From assembly GCA_965248575.1 (NCBI GenBank), contig CBDFJQ010000002.1:3328001-3392000 (forward strand): a DNA stretch of 64,000 bases. Direction: 5' to 3'. Shown here piece after piece: positions 40,051-49,782 of the stretch. The position numbers were made by a program, and so were the translations under genes. The notes beneath the pieces are model-generated. The model was given only the letters and a program-made list of their open reading frames with translations. It was not told the DNA's origin and searched no databases. The stretch comes from Planctomycetota bacterium. Lineage in GTDB: Bacteria; Planctomycetota; B15-G4. Numbering within the stretch: position 1 is the stretch's first letter; every line of letters starts with the position of its first letter.

Positions 40051-41094
40051 CTAGCTTGCAAGCACAAGCACGGTGGCCGAGATCGCTGCAGCGCAGGGCA
40101 GGGTCACCACCCAGGCCATGAGGATGGTCCGCACCGACCTCAATTGGGCCGTGCGACCGGCCACGCCGATCCCCACGAGCGAGCCCACCGAAACATGGGT
40201 CGTGGAAACCGGAACGCCCAAGCGGCTGGCCACGAGCACCAGCAAGGCCGTGGCCAGATTCGCCGCCACTCCCTGGCCTTGGTTCATCTCTGCAATCCCG
40301 TGGCTCATGGTCTGGGCAACCTTTCGCGACTGGAACCAACCGCCCAGGGCTATTGCAGCGCCGACCGCCGCCAGACCCACCCCAGCCCCCAGCGCCGAGT
40401 CGAGGGCGGGCACTGCCAGCAGCAATGCGGCGATCTTGGGGGTGTCGTTGAGACCCCGAGCGAAGCTCACGGCCCCAGCGCTCAACAGGTGCACGCCGTG
40501 CAGCAGGCCTGGCAGAGCCACGCTGCCTGCCACGGCCGAAGCGTGCACGCCCCCCGCGGCCTGGACGCTGCCGCTCGTGATCCGAGTCTGCTCATCCAAT
40601 CCAGCACCGAGCCGGAACCGGCGTCCCATGAGCCACAGCAGCGCGCCAAGGGCGAAGGCCAAGAGCGGGCTGATGAGCAGGGGCACGAGATAGGTTTGCA
40701 GCAGCACGGAGAGTTCGACCGCGCCCGCCGAAGCTGCCAGCCCTGCGCCGACCAAGGCGCCCACCAAACCGTGAGTCGTGGAGATGGGAAGCCCCACGAG
40801 CGTGGCCAGCAGGACCGTGCCACCCGCCCCGCTCGCCACTGCCATCAGGAACTCGGGCGAACCCACGAGTTCATCCGGAACCAGTCCCTTGCCCGAAAAA
40901 GCCTTGAGCAAGGACTGCGCCAGGAAGATCGAGGCCACCGACCCCAGGAGGGTGCACACCGTCCCCCACTGCAAGGCGGATCGATGGCTCGTGCTGCCGC
41001 TGCCCAGCAGAGTGGCCACGCCCTTGAAGTTGTCATTGGCACCGTTCGACCAGGCCAGGAAGCAGACGGAGAGCAGCAGCAGCGCGGGGAGCAT
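40051..41094 (-). CDS. PiT-family inorganic anion (phosphate/sulfate) transporter
   Basis: NGANDNFKG, PISTTH, GLNDTPK, PVSTTH signatures. Confidence 0.88.
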   Translation of the reverse strand: MLPALLLLSVCFLAWSNGANDNFKGVATLLGSGSTSHRSALQWGTVCTLLGSVASIFLAQSLLKAFSGKGLVPDELVGSPEFLMAVASGAGGTVLLATLVGLPISTTHGLVGALVGAGLAASAGAVELSVLLQTYLVPLLISPLLAFALGALLWLMGRRFRLGAGLDEQTRITSGSVQAAGGVHASAVAGSVALPGLLHGVHLLSAGAVSFARGLNDTPKIAALLLAVPALDSALGAGVGLAAVGAAIALGGWFQSRKVAQTMSHGIAEMNQGQGVAANLATALLVLVASRLGVPVSTTHVSVGSLVGIGVAGRTAQLRSVRTILMAWVVTLPCAAAISATVLVLAS

Positions 41095-41191
41095 GCTCGT
41101 CCCATGTGGTCAGCAGGGCGTGTTGTTGCAACGTCTTGGCCTCAGCCGGCATCCCATCGGGCCTCGACACGCTGAGACCCGAAAGGCACCC

Positions 41192-41791
41192 ATGAACCAG
41201 CCCGCACACACATCTGTCGCCAGCCCTCCCTCCACCCAGGACGCGCTGTTCGCCAAGCAGTGGGAGCATGCCGTCCCCTGGTCCGCGTATCTCGATGGCG
41301 TGGAACAGAAGCGCGACTTGTGGCTCGCCAACGACCGTCGGGCCAAGGTGGGTGCGGCCGAGCAGGCGCGGCTGACAGCGCTGCCAGGTCCGCGTCGGGT
41401 GCTCGTCCTCACCGAAGACTGGTGTGGCGACGCCCTGCGCAGCCTGCCACCCCTGGCCAAGGCCCTCGAGCAGGCCCCAGGGATCGAGGCCCGCTACCTC
41501 TCGCTCGATGACCACCCCGACGCCATCGAAGGCCTGCGGACCCATGGTGGCTCGGCCATCCCCATGCTGGTGGTCGCGGACGAGCAGGGCGAACGGCTGG
41601 GTGTCTGGGGCCCGCGACCTGCAGCACTGCAGGCCCTGGTGCGGGCTCGCCGAACGGAGTTCGGTGCTCCGACAGCGGGGACGGCCGGCGAGTTCTATGC
41701 GCCCATCATGGCCTGGTATGGCAAGGACCGGGGTGTCAGCACCTTGCAGGAAGTCCTGATGATCCTGGAGCGCGGCGGCGAGGCTCGCTGA
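41192..41791 (+). CDS. Thioredoxin-fold protein (WCGD monocysteine type)
   Basis: VLTEDWCGD, THGGSAIP (cis-Pro loop), WGPRP motifs. Confidence 0.82.
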   Translation: MNQPAHTSVASPPSTQDALFAKQWEHAVPWSAYLDGVEQKRDLWLANDRRAKVGAAEQARLTALPGPRRVLVLTEDWCGDALRSLPPLAKALEQAPGIEARYLSLDDHPDAIEGLRTHGGSAIPMLVVADEQGERLGVWGPRPAALQALVRARRTEFGAPTAGTAGEFYAPIMAWYGKDRGVSTLQEVLMILERGGEAR

Positions 41792-41857
41792 GCAAGAGCC
41801 GGATTCGAACACCCCCCCGGAGCGCCTCCGGAAGGGAAGCCGCGCAAGGGGGCGGCG

Positions 41858-44788
41858 ATGCAGGATAGAATCCCGGCCCTCATGGCTCACGATTCGACAC
41901 CCTGGCTCTTCGGAGCCAAACCAGAAGCGACACCGCCCACTCCGGCTGCGAGTCCAGCGACTCCAGAAGCTGCTCACCCTGCGGAGTCCGAGACTCCGGC
42001 TGCTCCAGCATCGGACGCGCCGCCTCAGACGAAGCCGGCGACCGCCCCGCCGGATTCTTCCAAATCCCCCGCCAAGCCCGCCGCCAAACCCAAGGCGAAA
42101 GGGAAGCGCGGTTCGGCCAAGGACGCCGGTCCCTCGCCCATGATGCAGCAGTACCTGCGAGCCAAGAAGGAAGTCGGCGAGGCCGTGCTCTTCTTCCGCA
42201 TGGGCGACTTCTTCGAGTTGTTCCACGAGGACGCCGTGATCGCCTCGCGCGTCTTGGGCATCACGCTCACTTCGCGAAGCAAGGGCGACTCCGCCATCCC
42301 CATGGCTGGCGTACCGGTCAAAGCCTACGAGGGCTACCTCCACACGCTGATCCGCGAAGGCTATCGCGTCGCGCTCTGCGACCAGGTCCAGGACCCGAAG
42401 TTGGCCAAGGGCATCGTGGAGCGACGCGTCACCCGCATCATCTCCGCAGGAACGGTCTTCGAAGACGACCTGCTCGACCAAGGCAGCAGCAACTATCTTC
42501 TCGCGGTCTTTCCGGGGGAGGAAACGGCTGGTCTGGCGTGGCTGGATGTCTCCACTGGCGCATTCACAGTGGCTGAGGTGCGACGAGAGAAGGTGGCCGA
42601 CGAGATCTCCCGCCTCGACCCTTCCGAGATCCTGCTGCCCGAGTCGATGCTGCGCGAGCCGGGACCGTTGGTGCAGGAGATCACCCGAGCCAGCCATGCA
42701 CCACGCGTGCCAACGCCGGAGTGGAGCTTTGAACACGGCAACGCCGCACAGACCCTGCACGAGGTCCTGAAGGTCGCCACCCTCGAGGGCTTCGGTCTCG
42801 ACGAAAACAGCCTGTGTGTGAATGCCGCCGGCGCCGCCCTCTCCTACGTGCAGCACATGCAGCGCGGAGATGCGCCGCCCGTCTCGACGATCCGAGTGCA
42901 CGACGGCACCGCACGCGCGGGCCTCGACCGGGCCACCCGCTCCTGCCTCGAGCTGCTCGCCACCCAACGCGACGGCCGCCGGGAAGGTTCGCTGCTCTCC
43001 GTGCTCGATGCGACCGGCACCTCCATGGGTGCACGCCTCCTGAGAGAGTGGATCGTCGCACCCCTGCTCGACCCCGAGGCCATTCGCTGGCGGCAATCGG
43101 CTGTCTCCGAGTTGGTCGAAAAACGCGCCATCAGTGATGGCGTGGACGAGTACCTCGGCGCCATGCCCGATATCGAGCGCATCGCCACCCGGCTGCTGGC
43201 GGGCCGGGGCTCGCCGCGCGACCTGGCCGCCCTGCGCATGGCCCTGCGGCTCATCCCCAGCTTGCGGGACGCCCTCTCCAACTGTGCCAGCGCTCCCCTC
43301 GCGTCCGCTGCGGAGACCTTGCAGCCACTGCCGGAGTTGTTGCAGCTGCTGGAGCGCGGCCTCGCCGAGCATCCCGCACCCAGCTTGGGAGAGGGAGGGC
43401 TGATCGCCCCGGGCTGGAACGCCGAGCTCGATCAGCTGCGTGACCTGCGTGAGAACGGCGCCGCGGCCATCACCGCGTTCCAGGTCGCGGAAGCAGAGCG
43501 CTTGGGCATCCCCGCCCTCAAGGTCGGCTTCAACCGGGTCTTCGGCTACTTCATCGAGATCACCCATGTCCAAGCGGCCCAAGCGACGCTGCCCGATCAC
43601 TATGTCCGCAAGCAGACGCTGACGACGGCAGAGCGCTACATAACCTCCGAGTTGAAAGAGCTCGAGACCTCGATCCTGACGGCGGAGGAGAAGAGCAAGC
43701 GGCTCGAGCTGGACCTGTTCATGGAGATTCGCACCCGTGCCACGCAGGACGGCCTGGCGGTGCGTGAACTGGCGGCGGCGGTAGCTCAGTTGGACGTGCT
43801 CGCGAGCTTCGCCAAGACCGCCCGGGAGCGGGCTTGGGTGCGGCCCGAGGTGGATGACGGGCCGCAGATCGACATCCGCGACGGACGTCACCCCGTGCTC
43901 GATGCCATCCTGCCGGCGGGCGAGCTGGTGCCCAACGATGTCGACCTTCATCAGCAGGATGCGCGGCTCGTGCTCATCACGGGGCCGAACATGGCGGGTA
44001 AGTCCACCTACATCCGTCAGACAGCCTTGCTCGTGCTGCTTGCACAGCTGGGTGCCTACGTGCCGGCACGAGAAGCGCACATCGGCGTCGTGGACCGCAT
44101 CTTCACCCGCGTCGGTGCGGCGGATGACCTCGCTTCAGGCGCCTCCACCTTCATGGTGGAGATGACGGAAACCGCCGCGATCCTCAATGGCGCCAGCGAC
44201 CGCAGCCTCGTGATCCTCGACGAAGTCGGGCGCGGCACCAGCACGCAGGACGGCTTGAGCCTGGCCTGGGCCATCAGCGAGCACCTCTACAAGAGCATCA
44301 AGGCTCGCACCCTCTTCGCCACGCACTACCACGAGTTGGTGGACCTGGCCGACGAGTTCGACGGCGTGCGCAACGTCAACGTCGCGGTGAAGGAGTGGGG
44401 CGACGGCATCGTCTTCCAACACAAGATCATTCCGGGCGGCACGGACCGCAGCTACGGCCTGCACGTGGCGCGACTCGCCGGTGTGCCCGCGACGGTGATT
44501 GAACGGGCCCGTCACGTCCTGAACGACCTGGAACTGAGTGCGCCCGACCTGCGGCCCGGAGCCACGAGCGGATCGGCGGAACCCTCGGTCCCAGGTGATG
44601 AGACCTGCAGCGACAAGAGCTCCTCTGAAGAGGCCGCGCGTCAGAAGGCACTCTTCGCACGCCCCGTGGCAGCCATCGTGGACGAGATTCGTTCCCTGGA
44701 TGCCAACCAGATGACGCCCATCGATGCGTTGCTCATCTTGCAACGCTTTGCGGAACGCCTGTCCGACAAACCCAGTCAGGACGGCTAG
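41858..44788 (+). CDS. mutS: DNA mismatch repair protein MutS
   Basis: PMMQQY, FFRMGDFFELF, GRHPV, TGPNMAGKST, STFMVEM, DEVGRGT, ATHYHEL motifs; Pro/Ala-rich N-terminal extension. Start 41858 or 41882. Confidence 0.97.
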   Translation: MQDRIPALMAHDSTPWLFGAKPEATPPTPAASPATPEAAHPAESETPAAPASDAPPQTKPATAPPDSSKSPAKPAAKPKAKGKRGSAKDAGPSPMMQQYLRAKKEVGEAVLFFRMGDFFELFHEDAVIASRVLGITLTSRSKGDSAIPMAGVPVKAYEGYLHTLIREGYRVALCDQVQDPKLAKGIVERRVTRIISAGTVFEDDLLDQGSSNYLLAVFPGEETAGLAWLDVSTGAFTVAEVRREKVADEISRLDPSEILLPESMLREPGPLVQEITRASHAPRVPTPEWSFEHGNAAQTLHEVLKVATLEGFGLDENSLCVNAAGAALSYVQHMQRGDAPPVSTIRVHDGTARAGLDRATRSCLELLATQRDGRREGSLLSVLDATGTSMGARLLREWIVAPLLDPEAIRWRQSAVSELVEKRAISDGVDEYLGAMPDIERIATRLLAGRGSPRDLAALRMALRLIPSLRDALSNCASAPLASAAETLQPLPELLQLLERGLAEHPAPSLGEGGLIAPGWNAELDQLRDLRENGAAAITAFQVAEAERLGIPALKVGFNRVFGYFIEITHVQAAQATLPDHYVRKQTLTTAERYITSELKELETSILTAEEKSKRLELDLFMEIRTRATQDGLAVRELAAAVAQLDVLASFAKTARERAWVRPEVDDGPQIDIRDGRHPVLDAILPAGELVPNDVDLHQQDARLVLITGPNMAGKSTYIRQTALLVLLAQLGAYVPAREAHIGVVDRIFTRVGAADDLASGASTFMVEMTETAAILNGASDRSLVILDEVGRGTSTQDGLSLAWAISEHLYKSIKARTLFATHYHELVDLADEFDGVRNVNVAVKEWGDGIVFQHKIIPGGTDRSYGLHVARLAGVPATVIERARHVLNDLELSAPDLRPGATSGSAEPSVPGDETCSDKSSSEEAARQKALFARPVAAIVDEIRSLDANQMTPIDALLILQRFAERLSDKPSQDG

Positions 44789-45079
44789 GCTCGACGCTTC
44801 AGTGAGCGGCGGCGCGTCTCTCGGGACAAAGCAGTCCGTCTCGAAACAAATGGCGGAAAAGAAGCGGGACGCGACCCGACCCTCAACGCTTCATCAGCCA
44901 CGAGAGACCTGATCACCCTCTCGGCCCGAACGACAACTCAACAACCGAGAGTCGTTCACTTCTCACTCTCAGCTGATGACTCGTTTCACATTCGCTGAGA
45001 GATCTCTCCGCGCCACGAGTTTGCTGTTGAGGGGAACTCATTCATCACGCGGTCAAAACGCCCTTTCTAGGAGTCCGCC

Positions 45080-45874
45080 ATGAAGTCTCTTGCTCTCCAG
45101 GTTTCCGCAGCCCTGATCCTGATGTCATCCGCAGCATTCTCACAAGGGTTCTTCGATTCGCTCACGGAGTGGGGCACGCCGGGTCTTCTCTACGGACCAG
45201 TCCCCAACGACACCTACATCGTCAACATCGATGGCGACTCGACGGAGGACTACACCCTAGACATCTTCTTCGTGAGAGAGGGTGAGATCCCCGGGCCGCT
45301 CATCACGATCAACACTCCCGTAACAGGGGTGCCTGATGACATCACGCGCGAAATCCTCTATGCAGAACTCCTTCCGGGCCCTAGCTCTCTCTCGATCACG
45401 AAACACTTCGATCTCACGCGCGTCGGCGACACCACCTTCATCATCGACTTGAAGCGTCGTTCGAACATCTCAGACATCTTCATCTTCTGCAGCGACGACA
45501 ACATCCGAATCGAGACGTTCAAGCTCCCTGCGTCTTGGGGCCCGTTCTACGTGATCGACACGGACCCTAAGGACAGCCTGGATGAGGAGCCTGACGGCCC
45601 GGAAACCACCACGACCGGTGGCGGATCAACCCTGGAGATCAGCCTGGCCCTCGGCACCCAGCTCTTCAGCTTCAGCGTGCCGATCGCCACGGGATGGACG
45701 GACCACACCTTGTCGTGGACCTTGCCCTTCGCGCCGTCACTCTGGATCAAGCACGCGCCGACTCCGATCGGGAGAACCGCCAGAATCCTCAACGGCGACA
45801 GCCAGAACAGCTCTACGGCGAACGACCCCGCCATGAACGTCACAGGGGTCAACTACGACCCGCGCTGGAACTGA
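45080..45874 (+). CDS. Secreted beta-rich hypothetical protein
   Basis: SD AGGAG; Sec signal MKSLALQVSAALILMSSAAFS; no recognisable family. Confidence 0.75.
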   Translation: MKSLALQVSAALILMSSAAFSQGFFDSLTEWGTPGLLYGPVPNDTYIVNIDGDSTEDYTLDIFFVREGEIPGPLITINTPVTGVPDDITREILYAELLPGPSSLSITKHFDLTRVGDTTFIIDLKRRSNISDIFIFCSDDNIRIETFKLPASWGPFYVIDTDPKDSLDEEPDGPETTTTGGGSTLEISLALGTQLFSFSVPIATGWTDHTLSWTLPFAPSLWIKHAPTPIGRTARILNGDSQNSSTANDPAMNVTGVNYDPRWN

Positions 45875-45892
45875 ACCCCAGCTCGCAACAAC

Positions 45893-45912
45893 CGCGGGGC
45901 CAGCGCCCCGCG
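45893..45912. terminator. GC hairpin between convergent genes
   Basis: CGCGGGGC-CAGC-GCCCCGCG, a perfect 8-bp stem; no U-tract. Confidence 0.4.
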
Positions 45913-45979
45913 CAAACCTCAGGCCTGGCTGGCCATCGTGTCAGCCGGGCCTGATTCCGTTCACGGACGGGCGGCCCGC

Positions 45980-47356
45980 CTAACGCACTTCCAGCAGGAC
46001 CGCCTTGAGGTAGTCCGACTCGGGGTAGGTCAGCAGGTGCGGGTGACATCGAGCAGCTCCGCGCGTCGCCAACACCGTCACGTCTCGACGGGCATCGGCG
46101 GCGGCGGCACGCAAGCTGCCCAGGAAATCCTCGCGACTGAGATGGAACGAGCAACTGCACGTGAGCAGGCGGCCGCCGGGGCGCAACAGACGCAGTGCCC
46201 GCAGATTCAGTTCCTTGTAGGCCCGCAGCGCCCGTTGCAGGTCGGGCTTTCGCTTCGCCAGTGCTGGCGGGTCGAGCACGATGCCGTCGAACTGTTCGCC
46301 AGCACCCACCCGTTCCCGCAAGTCTTCGAAGACGTTGACCTGGTGCGTCTCGATGGCGTCAGACAATTCGTTGGCTTGGGCGTGGCGGGCCAGGCGTTCG
46401 AGCGCCGGCTGGCTGCTGTCCAAGGCCTGGACCTGTGAGCCCGCCGCCGCGAGATGAAGCGCAAATCCGCCATCGTGCGAAAAAGCATCCAGGCAACGCC
46501 CCACGGGCAGCACCTCGGCAGCCCAAGGTTGGTTCTCACGCTGGTCGAGGTAGGTGCCCGTCTTCTGCCCCCGCCACGGATCCACCTCGCGTCGGATCCC
46601 ACCCTGTTTCCAGATGACGTGCTCGGGCACTTCGCCCGCCAGCAACGAAACACCCTCGGGCAGATCTTCCAGCTTGCGGAAGCCTCCATCGTTTCGCGCG
46701 AGGGCGCCCTTGAAGCCATGCTGCTCGACGAGGTAACGCGCCATGGCAGGTGCCGCGGCATCGGCCCAACGACAACCCGCCTGGAACACCGCCACCTCCG
46801 CAAAGCGGTCGATGACGAGGCCGGGCAGACCGTCCGCCTCCGAATGGACCATGCGATAGGAGTTGTCGCCCTCCGGCACGCACTGCTCTCGCCGTGCAAG
46901 GGCGGCCTCAAGCCGCGTGATGGCCCACTCCACCTCGTCGCTCGCCTCACCCGCCGGCAGGAAGCCCGGTTCGCGGCTCACAACTCGCAGCGGAATACGT
47001 GATCCCACACTGAGACAGGCGGCACCGCGTTCGACCCCCGGTGGCCCCTCCAGTCGGATCAGCTCTCCATCGCGGCTGGAGTTCACGGCGATGTGGTCCT
47101 CGAACAACCACGGGTGGCCGCCCCCCAGGCGCTGCACGCCAGCACGTGTCAGGACCACCACGGGCTCCGAGGTCGAAGGCACATCCTCATGGTCAGCCCC
47201 ACCACCGCGCACGATGAGGTTCTCGTGGGATCTCCGGCCGCGACCCTCTCCCCGCTCCGGGTCCCCCGCCTTGCCCGCGCGCCCCTCGCTGGGGTTCGCG
47301 CGCTCCTTGCGGTGCTTGTGGGGCCGTCGGGCGTTGGTCTTGCGCGGGCGGGTCAT
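45980..47356 (-). CDS. rlmI: RlmI-like SAM-dependent rRNA m5C methyltransferase
   Basis: GHPWLF PUA-like start, SEADGLPGLVIDRF, GQKTGTYLDQREN, LDPPAL, TCSCS, YLK motifs. Confidence 0.82.
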   Translation of the reverse strand: MTRPRKTNARRPHKHRKERANPSEGRAGKAGDPERGEGRGRRSHENLIVRGGGADHEDVPSTSEPVVVLTRAGVQRLGGGHPWLFEDHIAVNSSRDGELIRLEGPPGVERGAACLSVGSRIPLRVVSREPGFLPAGEASDEVEWAITRLEAALARREQCVPEGDNSYRMVHSEADGLPGLVIDRFAEVAVFQAGCRWADAAAPAMARYLVEQHGFKGALARNDGGFRKLEDLPEGVSLLAGEVPEHVIWKQGGIRREVDPWRGQKTGTYLDQRENQPWAAEVLPVGRCLDAFSHDGGFALHLAAAGSQVQALDSSQPALERLARHAQANELSDAIETHQVNVFEDLRERVGAGEQFDGIVLDPPALAKRKPDLQRALRAYKELNLRALRLLRPGGRLLTCSCSFHLSREDFLGSLRAAAADARRDVTVLATRGAARCHPHLLTYPESDYLKAVLLEVR

Positions 47357-48357
47357 GCGTCAGCCTCCGCAGCACCGTCAAACACGCGCATCAAGTTGGC
47401 CCCCAGGAAACAGCGCACCGTCTGCTCGCTGTGGCCTCGGTCCAGCATGCCCGCCGTGAGGCGCGGAAGCGTCGAGACGTCCTCCAGGCCCACTGGAGTC
47501 GTGGGAATCCCGTCATAGTCCGTCCCCAATCCCACGTGCCTGACGCCGGCGACCTCGATGAAGTGATCCACGTGGTCAAGCACATCGGTCAGGGTGGCTG
47601 CGCCTTCCTTCATCAGGAAGGCCGGATAGAAGTTCACGCAGGCCACCCCGCCCTGGGCGGCGATGGCTCGCAGCTGATCGTCCTCGAGGTTCCGTGGGTG
47701 ATCACGCAGGGCCCGGGCACAGCTGTGGCTTGCGATGAGGGGGCGACGGGCCAAGGACAGCACATCATCGAAGGTGCTGCGTGCCGCATGGGAGACGTCC
47801 ACCACCATGTCCAACTCCTCCATGGCCGCCACGACCTCCCGGCCGCGCGCCGTCAAGCCCCCATGGGGGCCGACGTCACCGCAGCCATCGGCCCACTCAT
47901 TGCTGTTGTTCCAGGTGAGCGTCATGGTGCGCACACCGCGCCCATGAAACTCGAGCAGGATATCGAGGTCGTTCTCGATGGCGTGGCCCCCTTCGATGGC
48001 GAGCACCCCGGCCAACTGCCCCTGCTGCCGCGCATGAGCAATCTCGCCGGGGGCCGTGCACAACGCCAAGCGCTCCGGAAAGCGCGCCAGCTGCCGATCC
48101 ATGGTGTCCAGCTGCATCCGAACTCGATCGGCCGCCCCATCGGGCAGGCACTTGGGGCTCACGAAACAGGTGAAGACCTGAGCGTCCAGCACTCCATGCG
48201 CCACGCGCGGAAAATCGATGTGGGTGCCTTCAGGGGCAGCGTCGAGGTCGTAGCCCCGGTCCGACATCTCGGTCAAGGTGTCGGCATGGGCGTCGAACAC
48301 CAGGGCGGCCTCATGCAGATCAGCAGCAACAGGAGAGATGTCTGCGAGCGTCTTCAC
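47353..48357 (-). CDS. Membrane dipeptidase family (M19)
   Basis: DAHADT, IEGGH, TLTWN, DVSH, SHS, HPRN, GLGTDYDG motifs. Confidence 0.92.
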   Translation of the reverse strand: MKTLADISPVAADLHEAALVFDAHADTLTEMSDRGYDLDAAPEGTHIDFPRVAHGVLDAQVFTCFVSPKCLPDGAADRVRMQLDTMDRQLARFPERLALCTAPGEIAHARQQGQLAGVLAIEGGHAIENDLDILLEFHGRGVRTMTLTWNNSNEWADGCGDVGPHGGLTARGREVVAAMEELDMVVDVSHAARSTFDDVLSLARRPLIASHSCARALRDHPRNLEDDQLRAIAAQGGVACVNFYPAFLMKEGAATLTDVLDHVDHFIEVAGVRHVGLGTDYDGIPTTPVGLEDVSTLPRLTAGMLDRGHSEQTVRCFLGANLMRVFDGAAEADA

Positions 48358-48482
48358 GTGCGCAGTATGTCCACCTCAGCCCCCCGTTTGCGCCCTTTTC
48401 TCGCAGCGGTTAGCCTCCCGCCACGCGAGAGGGCGCAGCGGGCGCTCTTCACTCCTAACGTCTCTACCGCCGAGGTGCACCC

Positions 48483-48893
48483 GTGGTCGGACCACGCGTC
48501 TTCACGCTTGAGGAAGCCAACGCTCTGCTTCCCGACCTCGAATGCGCCTTCAATGAGCTGGACACCCTTCGGGATCAGATGAAGGCGGCCAAGGTGAAGC
48601 TCAACGCTCTCGAGATGATCTGGGGCCAGGGCATCAACGATTCCGAGTGCCCGGACCGCCGCGAAGGGCTCGATCTGGTAGAGCAGCTCAAGGAAGCCCA
48701 GGAATCGGTGGGCAAGGTCATCGAACGCCTGGCCGAGATGGGTGCCACGGTCAAGGACGTGCACGAAGGGCTCGCGGACGTCTATCACGTGCGCGAAGGC
48801 CGGCTCGTCTTCCTGTGCTGGCAGCGCGGCGAAGAGGAGTTCGAAGCCTGGCATCACGTGGACGAAGGCTTCGCGAACCGGGAATCGCTCTAG
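48483..48893 (+). CDS. DUF2203-like protein
   Basis: FTLEEANALLP...VKD...GLAD...LCWQRGE...WH...GFANR pattern. Confidence 0.8.
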   Translation: MVGPRVFTLEEANALLPDLECAFNELDTLRDQMKAAKVKLNALEMIWGQGINDSECPDRREGLDLVEQLKEAQESVGKVIERLAEMGATVKDVHEGLADVYHVREGRLVFLCWQRGEEEFEAWHHVDEGFANRESL

Positions 48894-49669
48894 GCCCCGT
48901 TATGGGTCCCGTCGCCCGCTGCGGCCGGGCGCGCCGACACGATGATCGACGTCCCGAATGGCAGCGGACTACCCAGGGCCAGCTCGCAACGCCCCGCGAA
49001 GGTCATGAGCGAGTTCATCGCTGAAGAGACGGGCGGGAACTCGACACTCTGCACCGTCTTCCGCACCCGGCGTTGCCACCAGGCCGGCGGCACGCAGTAG
49101 CTGAAGAAGGAGCGCATGCTCTCAACGCGCCAGCCACCTTCCGTCAGGTGCTCGTGCAGGCTGCGCTGGGTGTAGCGACGGAAGTGCCCGCACTGCTCGT
49201 CCCACGGGCTCCACAGGCCGGGGTGTGCCGGGACCGTCGCCACCAACAAGGCCCCAGGCTGTACCACCTGCGCGAGATGCTTGAGGGCCAGGACCGGGTC
49301 CTCAAGATGTTCCAGCACGTCGAGGCAGGTCACGGCGTGGGGCTGCAGCGGAAGATCGAGAGGCTCGCGGAAGTCGGCCAGCTTCGCTTCCAAGCCTCGC
49401 GAGACGGCGACGTCTACCGCTTCCTGGGTGCCATCCAAGCCGCACGACTGCGTGGGCTTCAGCGAATCCACGACTCGCCGCATGACACCGCCGGCACCAC
49501 AGCCCAGGTCGAGGTAGGACCAGGCGGCCAGCTTGGAGACCTCCGGCTTCAGGCGGCGTTCCACCTGAGCCTGGCGCACGGCGTACCACCAGTAATCACC
49601 GCTGTCGGCGGCCGAGATTTCTGCGACATGCTGTGTGCTGATCTCACGGCCGTCCATGGGCTGGAGCAT
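48890..49669 (-). CDS. Class I SAM-dependent methyltransferase
   Basis: YWWY, LDLGCGAG, LDVLEHL, TVPA..LWS.WD..GHFRRY motifs. Confidence 0.85.
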   Translation of the reverse strand: MLQPMDGREISTQHVAEISAADSGDYWWYAVRQAQVERRLKPEVSKLAAWSYLDLGCGAGGVMRRVVDSLKPTQSCGLDGTQEAVDVAVSRGLEAKLADFREPLDLPLQPHAVTCLDVLEHLEDPVLALKHLAQVVQPGALLVATVPAHPGLWSPWDEQCGHFRRYTQRSLHEHLTEGGWRVESMRSFFSYCVPPAWWQRRVRKTVQSVEFPPVSSAMNSLMTFAGRCELALGSPLPFGTSIIVSARPAAAGDGTHNGA

Positions 49670-49782
49670 ACAACGCCGACCGCCTCGGCGTCGGCGGGCG
49701 CCCCGCCACCGGCAGTCCGCTCGGCCCCGAAACGCAGCCGGCCCCTCCCTAGCGAAAGCTGCCGGGGAGGGGCCGGTGTCGG

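Noticed and set aside
41890..42130. Pro/Ala/Lys-rich MutS N-terminal extension as a separate domain or repeat
   Set aside because: Low-complexity linker with no discrete repeat unit.
41033..44080. 1015-aa minus-strand ORF and other long antisense ORFs (e.g. 34659-36617, 49792-51594, 10607-12169, 8266-9474)
   Set aside because: They mirror well-supported genes on the opposite strand, have no motifs, and are expected shadows of high-GC codon bias.
44820..44880. GGGACAAAG...GAAA...GGGACGC, reminiscent of a c-di-GMP-I riboswitch
   Set aside because: The required GCAAA/P2 stem and GCAAAG..P1 pairing could not be built; an Rfam search would be needed.
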